A stretch of 63,856 bases of DNA, counting the filler, from Octopus bimaculoides (Eukaryota), in assembly GCF_001194135.2 (NCBI RefSeq). It is 7 parts of 7 records of this genome, joined end to end, with 100 filler letters (N's around TTAATTAATTAA, not from the genome) between each part and the next. Parts side by side here need not be neighbours in the genome. Positions count along the whole stretch, not along the records: positions 1 to 11,718 come from NC_069004.1; positions 11,819 to 22,542 come from NC_068986.1; 5 more parts are not named here. One strand, 5' to 3'. Within the stretch, counting starts at the first letter, position 1. Every line of letters begins with the position of its first letter. The notes under the pieces were generated by a model. That model ran no database searches, was not told the origin of the DNA, and saw nothing but the letters and a program-made list of their open reading frames with translations. Below, piece by piece: positions 1-13,459 of this stretch. The position numbers were made by a program, and so were the translations under genes.

Positions 1-1213
1 TATATATATATATATATATATATTACAGGTGAGGACCGAAATCTTTCAAAGGGATGTCAAACATTCAAGTTCGCCAGTACATTCCAAGTAAAGAACAGCA
101 ACAACAACAACATTGGTTCTGCACCAACCTGGATTTATGGATTAAAGTTTGTCGAGGATTACGTCAGTTACTACCAGACTACAGTCTCTAAAATACTGCA
201 ACCACTACTATGTAAAACGTATTTTATCTCGGATTTGTTGTATTAAGCCTTGCCTTGGACTAAACAACACCAACGCCACCTCAACTCGCCTCCACACATA
301 ATCCAGCATAAAACTCCCGAGTCAAACCTTCTTCCCCTCAACTAAATCCCGCTGAAGCTAAGCCATCACTAAACGTTAGAGTTAAACCTTCCTCCCTAAA
401 CTAAAATCACTCTCAACCGGGATCCCTAGAAATTTCCATTTCCGACATGTAGTTTATCCTTCTAGGTTGTATTAAGAGATGAACCGGAGTGGGGGTAATG
501 TCCCTCATGGATTTGTCAGGCCCCAAAGAATGGTCGGTTGCTTGGTTCTAAGATATTCTCTTCTCTGTAGATATCTTTCGACGAAAATGTAGAGAGAGAC
601 ATTTAAAGTAGACACTTGCATTCTTACGGTGTTGCTGTTTCCGGATGCATGGAGGGGTTCGATGTCTCATCAGAGGGTGAAGCAGCTCTGTAGATATTTC
701 AGCCCCGTCCAGCGCGACATTAGAGTTGCCTGAAGCCGCCTTGCGATCCAAGTAACAAAACTTCCGCACAATAGCACAGGATTTTTAAACTCGGTTGTTG
801 TGGCTTCTGGGCCAGATGTTTCTACCATCTTCAATGGTCGTTCATGCTGCTGCACAACTCGTCGTCTCTGTTGAACCAGATGCAATGATTTGCTTTCTAA
901 GCAGCTACCGGCAATATTTCTGGCAACATACTCTGTCTCCTTCGCAATAAGTCTAATATTCGAGTGAATCCTAGGTGTAGTGGTAAACGTTTTTTGGTGC
1001 AACAATTGAGACTATTGGTTGGTTGTGGTGGAAGTGAATGGAAGAGAGATACAGCTTGGAAACGAAAGGAGAAAGGGTTGGATTTCTTGGAAGTGCAGAG
1101 TTCCAAGGAACTGTAATTAAAGAACAGTCTCAGAGTAGGAAAAACTTGTAATTGTATTTTGAACTAAAACCTTTCTCATTTAGTCAAAGGACCACTTTTT
1201 GGGAATTCTGTGA

Positions 1214-1249
<36 letters not shown>

Positions 1250-1584
1250 GTAGTAGTAGTAGCAGCAACAGCACCAATAGCAGTGTCATTCATAATCACA
1301 TAAGTATATACGTATGTATGTATATATATANNNNNNNNNNNNNNNNNNNNNNNNNNNNNNNNNNNNNNNNNNNNNNNNNNNNNNNNNNNNNNNNNNNNNN
1401 NNNNNNNNNNNNNNNNNNNNNNNNNNNNNNNNNNNNNNNNNNNNNNNNNNNNNNNNNNNNNNNNNNNNNNNNNNNNNNNNNNNNNNNNNNNNNNNNNNNN
1501 NNNNNNNNNNNNNNNNNNNNNNNNNNNNNNNNNNNNNNNNNNNNNNNNNNNNNNNATATATAAAGAGAGAGAGAGAGATTTCTG

Positions 1585-1795
1585 TATTCTTTTACTTGTT
1601 TCAGTTGTGTCACTGCGGCCATGCTGGAGTACCACCTTAAATGGTTTTATTCGAAAAAAAAATCGACCCCAGGATGTATTCTTTGTAAGCCTAGTACTTA
1701 TTTTATCGGTCTCTTTTTGCCGAACCGCAAGTTTACGGGGACATAAGCACACCAGCATCATTTGTCAAGCAATGGTGAGGGGACAAACACAGACA
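1585..1795 (-). mobile_element. tRNA-derived SINE family A, 3' half
   Basis: Reverse complement of the tail shared with 7463-7867 and 12566-13030 (GGTGCTCCAGCATGGCCGCAG...CTGAAACAAGTAAAAGAATA). Confidence 0.85.
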
Positions 1796-2268
1796 CATAC
1801 ACACACACAAATACACACACACACGCACACATATTTGGAGAATATCTAACCTAAAAACAATGCAAAGGGTGATGACCTTCACCAATGGTTTACGACTGCC
1901 CATTCCTCAGTTTCGGCCATCCTATCCTCTTGCTCTATCAAGTGTCCCCCTCCCTTTATTGTTTCTACCCCTTCCTCTCTTCTTTTCTTTCCCTGTCTTC
2001 ACCTTTCTCATTCTCTTCCAAATCATCACATCTCTCCCCTCCCCCTTTCCTCTTTATCTTTCTTCCACTCGCCTCCTCTTTTCTTCCCCCCTCCCACTCC
2101 CTTCCAACCCTGTACCCATGGCTTCGGTGTTCTGCTTCGTTACAACCAGAAAACGGCTCTGGAGAGATAATAGCATTCGTTCTCTCGGTCGTTCAACTTT
2201 TCTAAACTTGATCGATGATAGACCAGTTGAGTAACAGATATGTAATGACTACTGGAGACAGCTGTCCG

Positions 2269-2317
<49 letters not shown>

Positions 2318-2649
2318 TACATACCAGAGGCGGCTTCAGGTCATCAACCTCACTCAGGCTCATCACGTTTTTCCACTTTATTTCTAACCCTAAATAGCTC
2401 ATTTTTTTTTTATATCTAGCACTATGTCTTTATCCATTTCTAAGTTAAGGGTAAAAAATAAAGCGACCCTGCAAAACACAACTGAACTTTGCACACAGAT
2501 GCACAGAATAACTGCAAATCAAATAACNNNNNNNNNNNNNNNNNNNNNNNNNNNNNNNNNNNNNNNNNNNNNNNNNNNNNNNNNNNNNNNNNNNNNNNNN
2601 NNNNNNNNNNNNNNNNNNNNNNNNNNNNNNNNNNNNNNNNNNNNNNNNN

Positions 2650-3020
2650 AGCGGTATTTCGTCTGCTACTGCGTTCTGAGTTCAAATTCCGCCGAGGTCG
2701 ACTTTGTCTTTCATCCTTTCGGGGCCGATAAATTAAGTACCAGTTACGCACTGGGGTCGATAAAATCGACTTAATCCGTTTGTCTGTCTTTGTTTGTCCC
2801 CTCTGTGTGTAGCCCCTTGTGGGCAGTAAAGAAATAGGTATTTCGTCTGCTTTTACGTTTTGAGTTCAAATTCCACAGAGGTCGACTTTGCTTTTCATCC
2901 TTTCGGGGTCAATTAAATAAGTACCAGTTACGCACTGGAGTCGATATAATCGACTTAATCCGTTTGTCTCTCCTTGTTTGACTCCTCTATGTTTAGCCCC
3001 TTGAGGGCAATAAAGAAATA
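2650..3020 (+). mobile_element. Two tandem copies of SINE family B (Nin/Deu-domain-like core)
   Basis: 2650-2836 and 2837-3020 each carry GAGGTCGACTTTG(T/C)CTTTCATCCTTTCGGGG.CGATAAATTAAGTACCAG and the tail TTAGCCCCTTGTGGGCAATAAAGAAATA. Confidence 0.85.
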
Positions 3021-3706
3021 ATATCACATAATCGCTGTTAAACGAAGAGAAACACACACAAACACACACACATATGTGTGTATGTATATATTTATTTATT
3101 CTTTTATTTGTTTCAGTCATTTGATTGCGGCCATGCTGGAGCACCGCCTTTAGTCGAACAACGTAACATAGTGGTTCAGCAAAAAGATAACGATAGAATA
3201 AGTACCAGACTTTTGAAAGAGAGGAAAGTATAGGGATTTATTTGTTCGACTAAACTCTTCAAAGTGGTGCCCCAGCTTGGCCGCTGTCCCATGGCTGAAA
3301 CCAATAAAATAGAAGCACACTGGTGTGTATATAAGTATGCAATCATCTACGTACGCATGTATGTGTGTGTGTGTGTTTATATGTGTGTGTATGAGTATTT
3401 ATATAAGCTTGTATTTGCACCAACGCATATATATATATATATATATATATAAGCAATGTTAATTCTCTAAATGAAGTATTAACAGTAACTGCACGATAAA
3501 GTGTAGTATATTGCCACTTAAGTGTGGCTGACCCCTAGGGGTGGATGTTACTGTTGCTTTTTGCAGACGCGCGCACGCACACACACACACATACACACAC
3601 ATACATGCAAAGATATTCAGATAACCAAATATATATACATATATGACAAACACACAGACCAACCGACAGAAACACAAAGTAGGAGTGTGTATATATATAT
3701 AAAATG

Positions 3707-3738
<32 letters not shown>

Positions 3739-4357
3739 NNNNNNNNNNNNNNNNNNNNNNNNNNNNNNNNNNNNNNNNNNNNNNNNNNNNNNNNNNNNNN
3801 NNNNNNNNNNNNNNNNNNNNNNNNNNNNNNNNNNNNNNNNNNNNNNNNNNNNNNNNNNNNNNNNNNNNNNNNNNNNNNNNNNNNNNNNNNNNNNNNNNNN
3901 NNNNNNNNNNNNNNNNNNNNNNNNNNNNNNNNNNNNNNNNNNNNNNNNNNNNNNNNNNNNNNNNNNNNNNNNNNNNNNNNNNNNNNNNNNNNNNNNNNNN
4001 NNNNNNNNNNNNNNNNNNNNNNNNNNNNNNNNNNNNNNNNNNNNNNNNNNNNNNNNNNNNNNNNNNNNNNNNNNNNNNNNNNNNNNNNNNNNNNNNNNNN
4101 NNNNNNNNNNNNNNNNNNNNNNNNNNNNNNNNNNNNNNNNNNNNNNNNNNNNNNNNNNNNNNNNNNNNNNNNNNNNNNNNNNNNNNNNNNNNNNNNNNNN
4201 NNNNNNNNNNNNNNNNNNNNNNNNNNNNNNNNNNNNNNNNNCATTGATTGGCAGTTTACAAACATAAAGGGGCGTGGCTCCGATAACGATTTCGGTTTAG
4301 CAAACCCATATGTGTGTGTCTATATACATACATACACACAGACGCACACGCAAACGA

Positions 4358-4392
<35 letters not shown>

Positions 4393-4811
4393 CACACACA
4401 CGCACACGTACACACACACTCACGCACCCATATACATACACAGACACGCGTATATAACAACATACATTTTCGCTCGTATGTGCATTCCAACCGAGTATAT
4501 ATATAAATATAGACGTTATACATAGACGTGTGTATATGTGTGTGTAGTTGTGTGTGTATAAGCGTGTGCGCGTGTGCGGGCCTGTGTGAATGTGTGCATA
4601 TATAAGATTTTTTAGTATGCGCCGTGTATGTATATATAAATATGCACACTTATGTATATAAATATAGATTTCGTATAAATAAACACGCGTAGAACAATAA
4701 TAATAATAATAATGATAATAATAATAATAATAATAATTAATTCTTTTATTGGCCACAAGGGCTAATATAGACAAACGTAAAATGACATGCAGCAACATAA
4801 AAGACAATACC

Positions 4812-4867
<56 letters not shown>

Positions 4868-4910
4868 TATATGCGAAGTTTTGTCTCCATGTGTGTGTAT
4901 GTGTGTATGT

Positions 4911-4949
<39 letters not shown>

Positions 4950-5780
4950 CGTGTATGTGTGTGTATACGTGTGTACGTGATCGTGTCTGTGTGTGTGTGT
5001 GTGTATGTAATTATCCATACATGTTGGCTTTTAGTGTGTGCTTGTGTTAATATCTTATATACACAGAGAGAGAGAGAGATGGAGAGAGAGAGAGNNNNNN
5101 NNNNNNNNNNNNNNNNNNNNNNNNNNNNNNNNNNNNNNNNNNNNNNNNNNNNNNNNNNNNNNNNNNNNNNNNNNNNNNNNNNNNNNNNNNNNNNNNNNNN
5201 NNNNNNNNNNNNNNNNNNNNNNNNNNNNNNNNNNNNNNNNNNNNNNNNNNNNNNNNNNNNNNNNNNNNNNNNNNNNNNNNNNNNNNNNNNNNNNNNNNNN
5301 NNNNNNNNNNNNNNNNNNNNNNNNNNNNNNNNNNNNNNNNNNNNNNNNNNNNNNNNNNNNNNNNNNNNNNNNNNNNNNNNNNNNNNNNNNNNNNNNNNNN
5401 NNNNNNNNNNNNNNNNNNNNNNNNNNNNNNNNNNNNNNNNNNNNNNNNNNNNNNNNNNNNNNNNNNNNNNNNNNNNNNNNNNNNNNNNNNNNNNNNNNNN
5501 NNNNNNNNNNNNNNNNNNNNNNNNNNNNNNNNNNNNNNNNNNNNNNNNNNNNNNNNNNNNNNNNNNNNNNNNNNNNNNNNNNNNNNNNNNNNNNNNNNNN
5601 NNNNNNNNNNNNNNNNNNNNNNNNNNNNNNNNNNNNNNNNNNNNNNNNNNNNNNNNNNNNNNNNNNNNNNNNNNNNNNNNNNNNNNNNNNNNNNNNNNNN
5701 NNNNNNNNNNNNNNNNNNNNNNNNNNNNNNNNNNNNNNNNNNNNNNNNNNNNNNNNNNNNNNNNNNNNNNNNNNNNNNNN

Positions 5781-5815
<35 letters not shown>

Positions 5816-5828
5816 CATATATACATAA

Positions 5829-5859
<31 letters not shown>

Positions 5860-5963
5860 CGTGCGTGTGTGTATAATTTACTGGCCGCCGAAACTTCGAA
5901 GTCACAGTTTGTCAATCCAATTCTTTAACACGAATATTAGGTTCGTACTTAACAAAAATGTAG

Positions 5964-6115
5964 AATGCTAACGGCATTTCATATGTTTTCGTGTTCTGAG
6001 TTCAAATTCCACCGAGGTCGACTATGCCTTTCATCTGTTTCGGGGTTGATAAAATACATACCAGCTAACCACTGGGGTTAATGCAATTGACCTGTCCCCT
6101 TCCTCACAAATTCCA
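5964..6115 (+). mobile_element. SINE family B, diverged copy
   Basis: TTCTGAGTTCAAATTCCACCGAGGTCGACTATGCCTTTCATC core. Confidence 0.75.
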
Positions 6116-6484
6116 GGACAAAACCTGAAATTTGTAGGGATAGATTATATTTTAGCATAAAATCAAACACACACCTACCTACATATTTATCTACCTATCT
6201 ATATATATATATATATCCATCCATCCATTCATCTATCTATCTATCTATTTACCTACATATCTATTTATCTATCTATCTTTCTTTTTATCTATATGTGCGT
6301 GTGTGTGTGTGTGTGTGCATGTGTTTCTGTGTCTAAGGGTGTGTGTTGCAGCTGTGTCCATCCTCCGCTAGATTTAGAACCGGTGTTGTTTGCTTTACAC
6401 ACAAGCGGTTTGGATAAAGACGGGGTAAAACATATACGTACCAGACTTTTTAATATACACATATATACATAGATACATGCATAC

Positions 6485-6515
<31 letters not shown>

Positions 6516-6589
6516 CGTGGGTGTGTGTGTGTGTGTGTATGTATATATATATTATATTCAATATATTTATATATATATACATATATGTC

Positions 6590-6625
<36 letters not shown>

Positions 6626-6814
6626 GATTGACTTGTTGACTATAGCTTCGAAGGCAGTGCTCCAGTATGGCAGCAGTCCAATAGCTGAAGCACATAAGAG
6701 ATACAAGGTAAAAAGATGTGATGGAGGGCGATCAAATGTTTTTGGGTAGATTTGGTAGATGAAAACTGAAAGAAGCCCGTCGTATATATGTATATGCTTA
6801 TATGTATATATTCG

Positions 6815-6867
<53 letters not shown>

Positions 6868-7462
6868 GGGTATGTATGTGCGTCGGTGTGTGCAGCCGAA
6901 TACGTTGAGGCGTTTTGCTTTTCTTTTGTTTTTAGCTCAATCGTATACACAAACACACGCAAAACACACATACATCACATCACACATACACACACAAACA
7001 CGCCACAAACACACACACACACAACCGCACCACACACACACAGTCATACACACGCATGCAAACATATAAAGAGAGAGAGAGAGAGATATAGTTACGAAGG
7101 GTTACTGAAAAGTGCCTGGTTTTAAAGGTGTCGCGAAAGGCCTGGTTGGAGTCATAATCTTCCAAGATCTTTTACACGGCTTAGAAAACCTGAAGGACCG
7201 TTGCAATATAAGCGTGAATCCGAAAGAGGAATATGTTGAATAAAATCATAATTAACTGATCCTCCTGTATTTTCTTTTATCTAAACCCAGGAATTTTTCA
7301 GCCCCCGTATCTCTTAGCGGATCGGCAATCCTGGGGTCTGTTTGTTCGACTAAAAAACCCTTTAAGGTGGTGCAACAGCATGGCCGCATTCAAATGTCCG
7401 AAACAAGTAAAAGAATAAAAGAATGTGTGTGTGTGTGTATAGTTATATACGTACATATATGC

Positions 7463-7601
7463 AGAGCTTGCTTACCAACCACATGGTTCCGGGTTCAGTC
7501 CCACTGCGTGGCACCTTGGGCAGGTGTCTTCTACTATAGCCTTGGGCCGACCAAAGCCTTATGAGTAGATTTGGTAGACGGAAACTTAAAGGAGTCCGTC
7601 G

Positions 7602-7643
<42 letters not shown>

Positions 7644-7867
7644 CATGTATTTGTGTTTGTCAACCCCCCCCCCCAACATCACTTGACAACCGATGGTGGT
7701 GTTTACATCACCGTAACTCAACAGTTCGGTAAATAGTGACCGATGGAATATAAGTACTAGGCTTACAAAGAATAAGTCCTGGGGTCGATTTGTTCGACTA
7801 AAACGCGGTGCTCCAACATGGCCGCAGTGAAATGACTCAAACAAACAAGCGCAAAAATAAAAGAATA
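7463..7867 (+). mobile_element. SINE family A, near full length with internal (GT)n
   Basis: B-box-like GGTTCAGTCCC, core GGCACCTTGGGCAGGTGTCTTCTACTATAGCC, internal (GT)n, tail CATGGCCGCAG...AATAAAAGAATA. Confidence 0.85.
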
Positions 7868-7904
<37 letters not shown>

Positions 7905-9032
7905 ATGTATGTATAAACATAGGCACAGAGGACGAGAACCACATTTGTGACTGCGTCCGCGTGTATATGTACGATTTTCTGTTGACAATGTCTGTGTGTT
8001 TAGACTGTTATAAACTACAAAGACATTTCCTCAAAATGGGTATATATTTGTGGTAGGCGAGAGGGAAAGGAGGAGGAAAGAAAAGAATGAGAGAGAGAGA
8101 GAGAGGAATGAATTCGACCGGGGTGGGGTTGTGTGTGTTTATGTGCCTTGGGTGTGTGTGTGTTAAGTCGTGTTTATATTAGAAATGTATTTGAATATGT
8201 AAATGAGGGGAGGGCGTTACCTTCGCGTTGCTGTGTTTCTTAATATGGTTACACATATAAACATATATACATGTCTGTGTGTGTGTGTGTGTGTGTATGT
8301 GTGTGTGTGACTGGATGTATGTGACTGCGTGTGTGTATATGTANNNNNNNNNNNNNNNNNNNNNNNNNNNNNNNNNNNNNNNNNNNNNNNNNNNNNNNNN
8401 NNNNNNNNNNNNNNNNNNNNNNNNNNNNNNNNNNNNNNNNNNNNNNNNNNNNNNNNNNNNNNNNNNNNNNNNNNNNNNNNNNNNNNNNNNNNNNNNNNNN
8501 NNNNNNNNNNNNNNNNNNNNNNNNNNNNNNNNNNNNNNNNNNNNNNNNNNNNNNNNNNNNNNNNNNNNNNNNNNNNNNNNNNNNNNNNNNNNNNNNNNNN
8601 NNNNNNNNNNNNNNNNNNNNNNNNNNNNNNNNNNNNNNNNNNNNNNNNNNNNNNNNNNNNNNNNNNNNNNNNNNNNNNNNNNNNNNNNNNNNNNNNNNNN
8701 NNNNNNNNNNNNNNNNNNNNNNNNNNNNNNNNNNNNNNNNNNNNNNNNNNNNNNNNNNNNNNNNNNNNNNNNNNNNNNNNNNNNNNNNNNNNNNNNNNNN
8801 NNNNNNNNNNNNNNNNNNNNNNNNNNNNNNNNNNNNNNNNNNNNNNNNNNNNNNNNNNNNNNNNNNNNNNNNNNNNNNNNNNNNNNNNNNNNNNNNNNNN
8901 NNNNNNNNNNNNNNNNNNNNNNNNNNNNNNNNNNNNNNNNNNNNNNNNNNNNNNNNNNNNNNNNNNNNNNNNNNNNNNNNNNNNNNNNNNNNNNNNNNNN
9001 NNNNNNNNNNNNNNNNNNNNNNNNNNNNNNNN

Positions 9033-9103
<71 letters not shown>

Positions 9104-9560
9104 CTATATATATAGATAGATATTTGTAGATATATGTATATCTATGTATGTATGTATGTATGTATGTATGTCCGACGGGCTTCTTTCAGTTCACAAGGCC
9201 TCGGTCGGTCCGGTGTTATAATAGAAGAGACCAGCTTAAAGTGCCACGCGATGGGATTGAACCTAGAGCCGTGTGGCGGTGCCCCAGCATGGCCACAGCT
9301 CATGAGCTGAAACTAGATAAAATGAAAAAAAAAATGAAATATATACATATATGTTTATAATAGGCGCATCTATTTATATTTTCATGTGGATAGCTTACAT
9401 ATCTCTGCCTACGAACATCCAGATATATCTACGTATATATTTATATATATAAGCATACACACACACACACGTACATATATATATGTATATGTGTGTGTGT
9501 ATGTTCGTGTATGCTTGTGTATATAAATATATACACTGATTGTGTGTGCGTATGAATACG

Positions 9561-9599
<39 letters not shown>

Positions 9600-10750
9600 G
9601 TGGGTCTCTGAAGCTTCTAAAAATATTTTCTCTCCCTTCCATTGCGAACATTCCAAGTAATCCACCTCCTCATTCTCCCCGCGTTCTCTCCCATTTTACC
9701 TCTCCTTCCATGACCTCCCCTCCCTAAATACCCATTCGACCCCTACATGCTCTATCCTCTTACCACTGCTTATCTCTTCCAAACCATTCACATCATACAC
9801 CCTAACCACTGCACTTCGCTGTTTACACCACAAAATCACTCTCCGTCCCGTACACGCCGTATGGTAATCTCATATTTAAACTGCTTCTATCGACGTTGTT
9901 GTTCCTGTTATTGTTGCTGTTGCTGCTTGTGGTTGCTGTTTGTGGTTGCGGTGGCGGCGGCGGCGGTGGTGTTGGTGGTGGTAGTGGTGGTAGTGGTNNN
10001 NNNNNNNNNNNNNNNNNNNNNNNNNNNNNNNNNNNNNNNNNNNNNNNNNNNNNNNNNNNNNNNNNNNNNNNNNNNNNNNNNNNNNNNNNNNNNNNNNNNN
10101 NNNNNNNNNNNNNNNNNNNNNNNNNNNNNNNNNNNNNNNNNNNNNNNNNGATGGTGGTGGTGATGGTGGTGGTAGTAGTAGTGGTGGCGCTATTCGGTGG
10201 AAGTGGTGATAGTGATAGTGGCGGAGATGGTGGTGGCGGTTGTATTGGTGGTGGTGGTGGTGGGGCTTATTCGGTGAAAGTGGTGGTGGTGGTGGTGGAG
10301 GTTATCAAGCAACTTATTGACTGTTTCTCTTTTTTTTTTTTCTTATTTGTTTTTCTTCTACTTCGATTCTCACTTCGATTCACACACTGATCGATTATTC
10401 CTCTTCCACTTTTCCGGGGTCGATAAAAATCAAGTACCGCTCGAGTACTTTACCCAAATGGATTCAAAGTTATATATATATTTATATTTATATATATCGT
10501 CGTGTATGTATGTATGTATGTGTATGTATATGTGTATGTATCTATGTATGTATGTATTTATGTATGTATCTAACTATATGTACAATTTGTTCATCTTTGC
10601 GTTCTGAGTTCAATATCCGCTGAGGTCGACTTTTCAGCTGATTGGACTGAAACAACGTGCTACCGGGTCCCGGAATTCAAAACACACAACACACTACCGG
10701 ATCCCAGAATCGAAACCATACTCTTACGATTGCATCAAACCCAGTGTTTC

Positions 10751-10885
10751 ACTGGTGCTTATTTTATCGATCCCGACAGGATGAAAAGCAAAGTCGACCT
10801 TTGCGGAATTTGAACTCAGAACGTAGCGACGGGTGAAATTCCGATAAGCATTTCGTCTGAGGTGCTAACGATTCTCCCAGCTCAC
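10751..10885 (-). mobile_element. SINE family B
   Basis: Reverse complement of the family B head and core; its 5' end abuts the (TAA)n array at 10890. Confidence 0.8.
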
Positions 10886-10887
10886 TG

Positions 10888-10950
<63 letters not shown>

Positions 10951-11253
10951 GGTATGCGATAAGGAAGAAAGAAAAGTCGAGAGATATGACAGGTTAGCTT
11001 GAGGAGTTAAGCAGTTGTAGTCGATGAAAAAGGTAGCAGTAGTACCAATAATTGTCGGAGACCTGGGAACATTGAGCAAAAATCTCGAGAAGTACCTGGA
11101 ACAAATAGGGGCTGCAATAAGGGTGGAGCACTTACAGAAAACGGCACTGCTTGGAACCGCTCGAATACTCCGGAAGGTGCTCGATAAAATTAAGAGGTGT
11201 TACCTTAACTTCACTGGTAGTACATCTCCAGCGTTCGAAGCTGTGCAAAGGCA
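10951..11253 (+). mobile_element. R4/Dong-clade LINE, 5'-truncated 3' end (RLE C-terminus + 3'UTR)
   Basis: KKVAVVPIIVGDLGTLSKNLEKYLEQIGAAIRVEHLQKTALLGTARILRKVLD. Lies between (TAA)n 10890-10950 and (TGA)n 11253-11285. Confidence 0.85.
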
Positions 11254-11285
<32 letters not shown>

Positions 11286-11572
11286 ACCATAGGGCAAGAG
11301 AGAGAAGGACAGACAAATATATATAAAAAAAAAACTTGAGGGCCTAGCTAGATCGATGAAGAGATTGTTGAAATCTAAGACAACACTTATTCCTGTGGTA
11401 ATGGATGCACTTGGCACAATTCGATTTTGGCTGATTGGAAGATATCGGAAGAGAGATTCACGTTGTCGATCGTCAGTAGATTCTGCATTCTGCAAGAATC
11501 CTAAGAAAACCTTTTTTAAATATTGAGGATACGTGTTGTCATCAAGCATCAAGACAATACTCGAAACTCTGC
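11286..11572 (+). mobile_element. Second, more decayed R4/Dong 3' fragment
   Basis: YKKKLEGLARSMKRLLKSKTTLIPVVMDALGTI resembles EKYxDLxxExxRLWxxKxxVIPVVIGALGxI. Followed by (CTA)n/(TAA)n 11573-11712. Confidence 0.65.
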
Positions 11573-11574
11573 TA

Positions 11575-11712
<138 letters not shown>

Positions 11713-11718
11713 CGTTTC

Positions 11719-11818
11719 NNNNNNNNNNNNNNNNNNNNNNNNNNNNNNNNNNNNNNNNNNNNTTAATTAATTAANNNNNNNNNNNNNNNNNNNNNNNNNN
11801 NNNNNNNNNNNNNNNNNN
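11719..11818. other. Artificial assembly join (44N-TTAATTAATTAA-44N)
   Basis: 12-mer at 11763-11774 with exactly 44 N on each side; the 12-mer has stops in all six frames. Confidence 0.95.
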
Positions 11819-12450
11819 ATATTCCGCTTTTCTCCTCCTTCGTACGACCACACCTCGAATATTGCTGCCCCTTGTGGTCTCCCCATACAAAGCAAAACAT
11901 CTCGAGGATTGAATCACCCCAGAGGGCACTCACCAAACGAATTGAAGGCATGACTGATCTTGATTACTGGGACCGCCTTAAAGCCTTGAAGCTCTACTTT
12001 CTCCAGCGCCACCGCGAGCGGTACATCATTTGTACGATGTGGAAAATATACCGCCAGCATTGCCCAAACGACCTGAACATTAGTTTCGAGGTTCATCCAA
12101 GGCTGGGACCACGGGCCATACGTCCCCTGCCCAATTCAGGATCACAACGTATAGGTACACCGCGGCATAATTTCTTTTCCTCAACAGGCCCTGCCCTGTT
12201 TAACATTGTCCCGAAACAGATAAAAGAGGAAAAGGATCCTATCAGTTTTAAACGGAGTCTAGACAGCTTTCTTCAAAGAGTACCAGACAAACCACCCATA
12301 CCTGGATACAACTCACTCAATAAGAACTCACTACTTGAATGGACCATAGACAAAACTTGACTGTAAAAGGATTTAGATAATCCTATCAGGTGGTGCTTTT
12401 AAGTTAGACATGGCCTGGACCAATCTTTGGTCGAAACATATCTAAGTTTT
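11819..12450 (+). mobile_element. CR1-like LINE 3' end (ORF2 C-terminus + 3'UTR)
   Basis: RPHLEYCCPLWSPHTKQNISRIESPQRALTKRIEGM...RLKALKLYFLQRHRERY...FKRSLDSFL. ~160 codons without a stop; tail unit ATCTAAGT; 5' part lost at the join. Confidence 0.9.
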
Positions 12451-12543
12451 ATCTAAGTGTTATGTATATATGTATATATATATCTAAGTGTTATGTATAT
12501 ATGTATATATATATCTAAGTGTTATGTATATATGTATATATAT
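12451..12543 (+). repeat. Three perfect 31-bp tandem copies
   Basis: ATCTAAGTGTTATGTATATATGTATATATAT starting at 12451, 12482 and 12513. Confidence 0.9.
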
Positions 12544-12565
12544 ACGTTTGTGTTCGTGTATCATA

Positions 12566-12762
12566 GGTGCAGGCATGCTTGTGAGGTAAGAAGCTTGCTT
12601 TCCAACCACGTGGTTCTGGGTTCGCTCCTACTGCGTGGCACCTTGGGCAAATTTCTTCTACTGTAGTGCTCAGGCCGATCAAAGACTTGTGAGGGGATTT
12701 GGTAGATGGAAACTGAAAGAAGCCTGTCGTATATATACGTGTTTATAAATCTATGTGTGTAC

Positions 12763-12797
<35 letters not shown>

Positions 12798-13030
12798 TGT
12801 GTGTGTCTTCTCCCAAACCCAACCGGTGTTTGTGTGTTTACAACCGATGTTGTTGATAGCAACCGGTGTTGGTGTACTTGCGTCCCTGTAACTTAGCGGT
12901 TCGATGAAAGAAACCGATAAAATAAGTATCCTGCTAAAGAAATAAGTAATACAGCCGATTAAGTCGACTAAAAATTCAAGACCGTGCTCTAGCATGGCCG
13001 CAGTCTAATAACTGAAACGCGTAAATGAAA
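12566..13030 (+). mobile_element. SINE family A, full length, diverged
   Basis: Head GGTGCAGGCATG...GGTTCGCTCC, core GGCACCTTGGGCAA, internal (GT)n, tail CATGGCCGCAG. Confidence 0.85.
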
Positions 13031-13063
13031 AAACTTAAATGAATGAGAATAGAACATACTTTC

Positions 13064-13198
13064 TCATAGTATACGGACACAGATTATGTGTTGACAGCAA
13101 TCTGCGAAAGATGTTTTCTTGGAGCTAAAATGTGGTAACACTGTCCTACGTAAGATTGTCACGTTGTGTTGGCAAAGAGACTTTACTGAACAGCACTG
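13064..13198 (-). CDS. Candidate terminal coding exon of the Cys-rich protein
   Basis: Open frame (Q)CCSVKSLCQHNVTILRRTVLPHFSSKKTSFADCCQHIICVRIL* after a weak tandem acceptor (gttag|cag|). An alternative, better-looking acceptor (ctttcgcag|AT, exon 13064-13101) gives ...Y-CCQHIICVRIL*. FADCC-x4-C resembles the SVWC C-terminal (Y/F)PxCC-x4-C motif. Confidence 0.55.
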   Translation of the reverse strand, partial: QCCSVKSLCQHNVTILRRTVLPHFSSKKTSFADCCQHIICVRIL

Positions 13199-13241
13199 CT
13201 AACATATTTCTCGCTCAAAGATTTAAACCTAGTTGCTTTTC

Positions 13242-13293
<52 letters not shown>

Positions 13294-13355
13294 NNNNNNN
13301 NNNNNNNNNNNNNNNNNNNNNNNNNNNNNNNNNNNNNNNNNNNNNNNNNNNNNNN

Positions 13356-13408
<53 letters not shown>

Positions 13409-13459
13409 TATATATATATATCTTTTTTCGTCGTTACACCGATAATACCAATACATTTT

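Noticed and set aside
655-682. CTGATGAGACATCGAA on the minus strand as a hammerhead ribozyme
   Set aside because: GAAA is incomplete (GAAC), stem II has only 1 bp, and no stems I/III are found.
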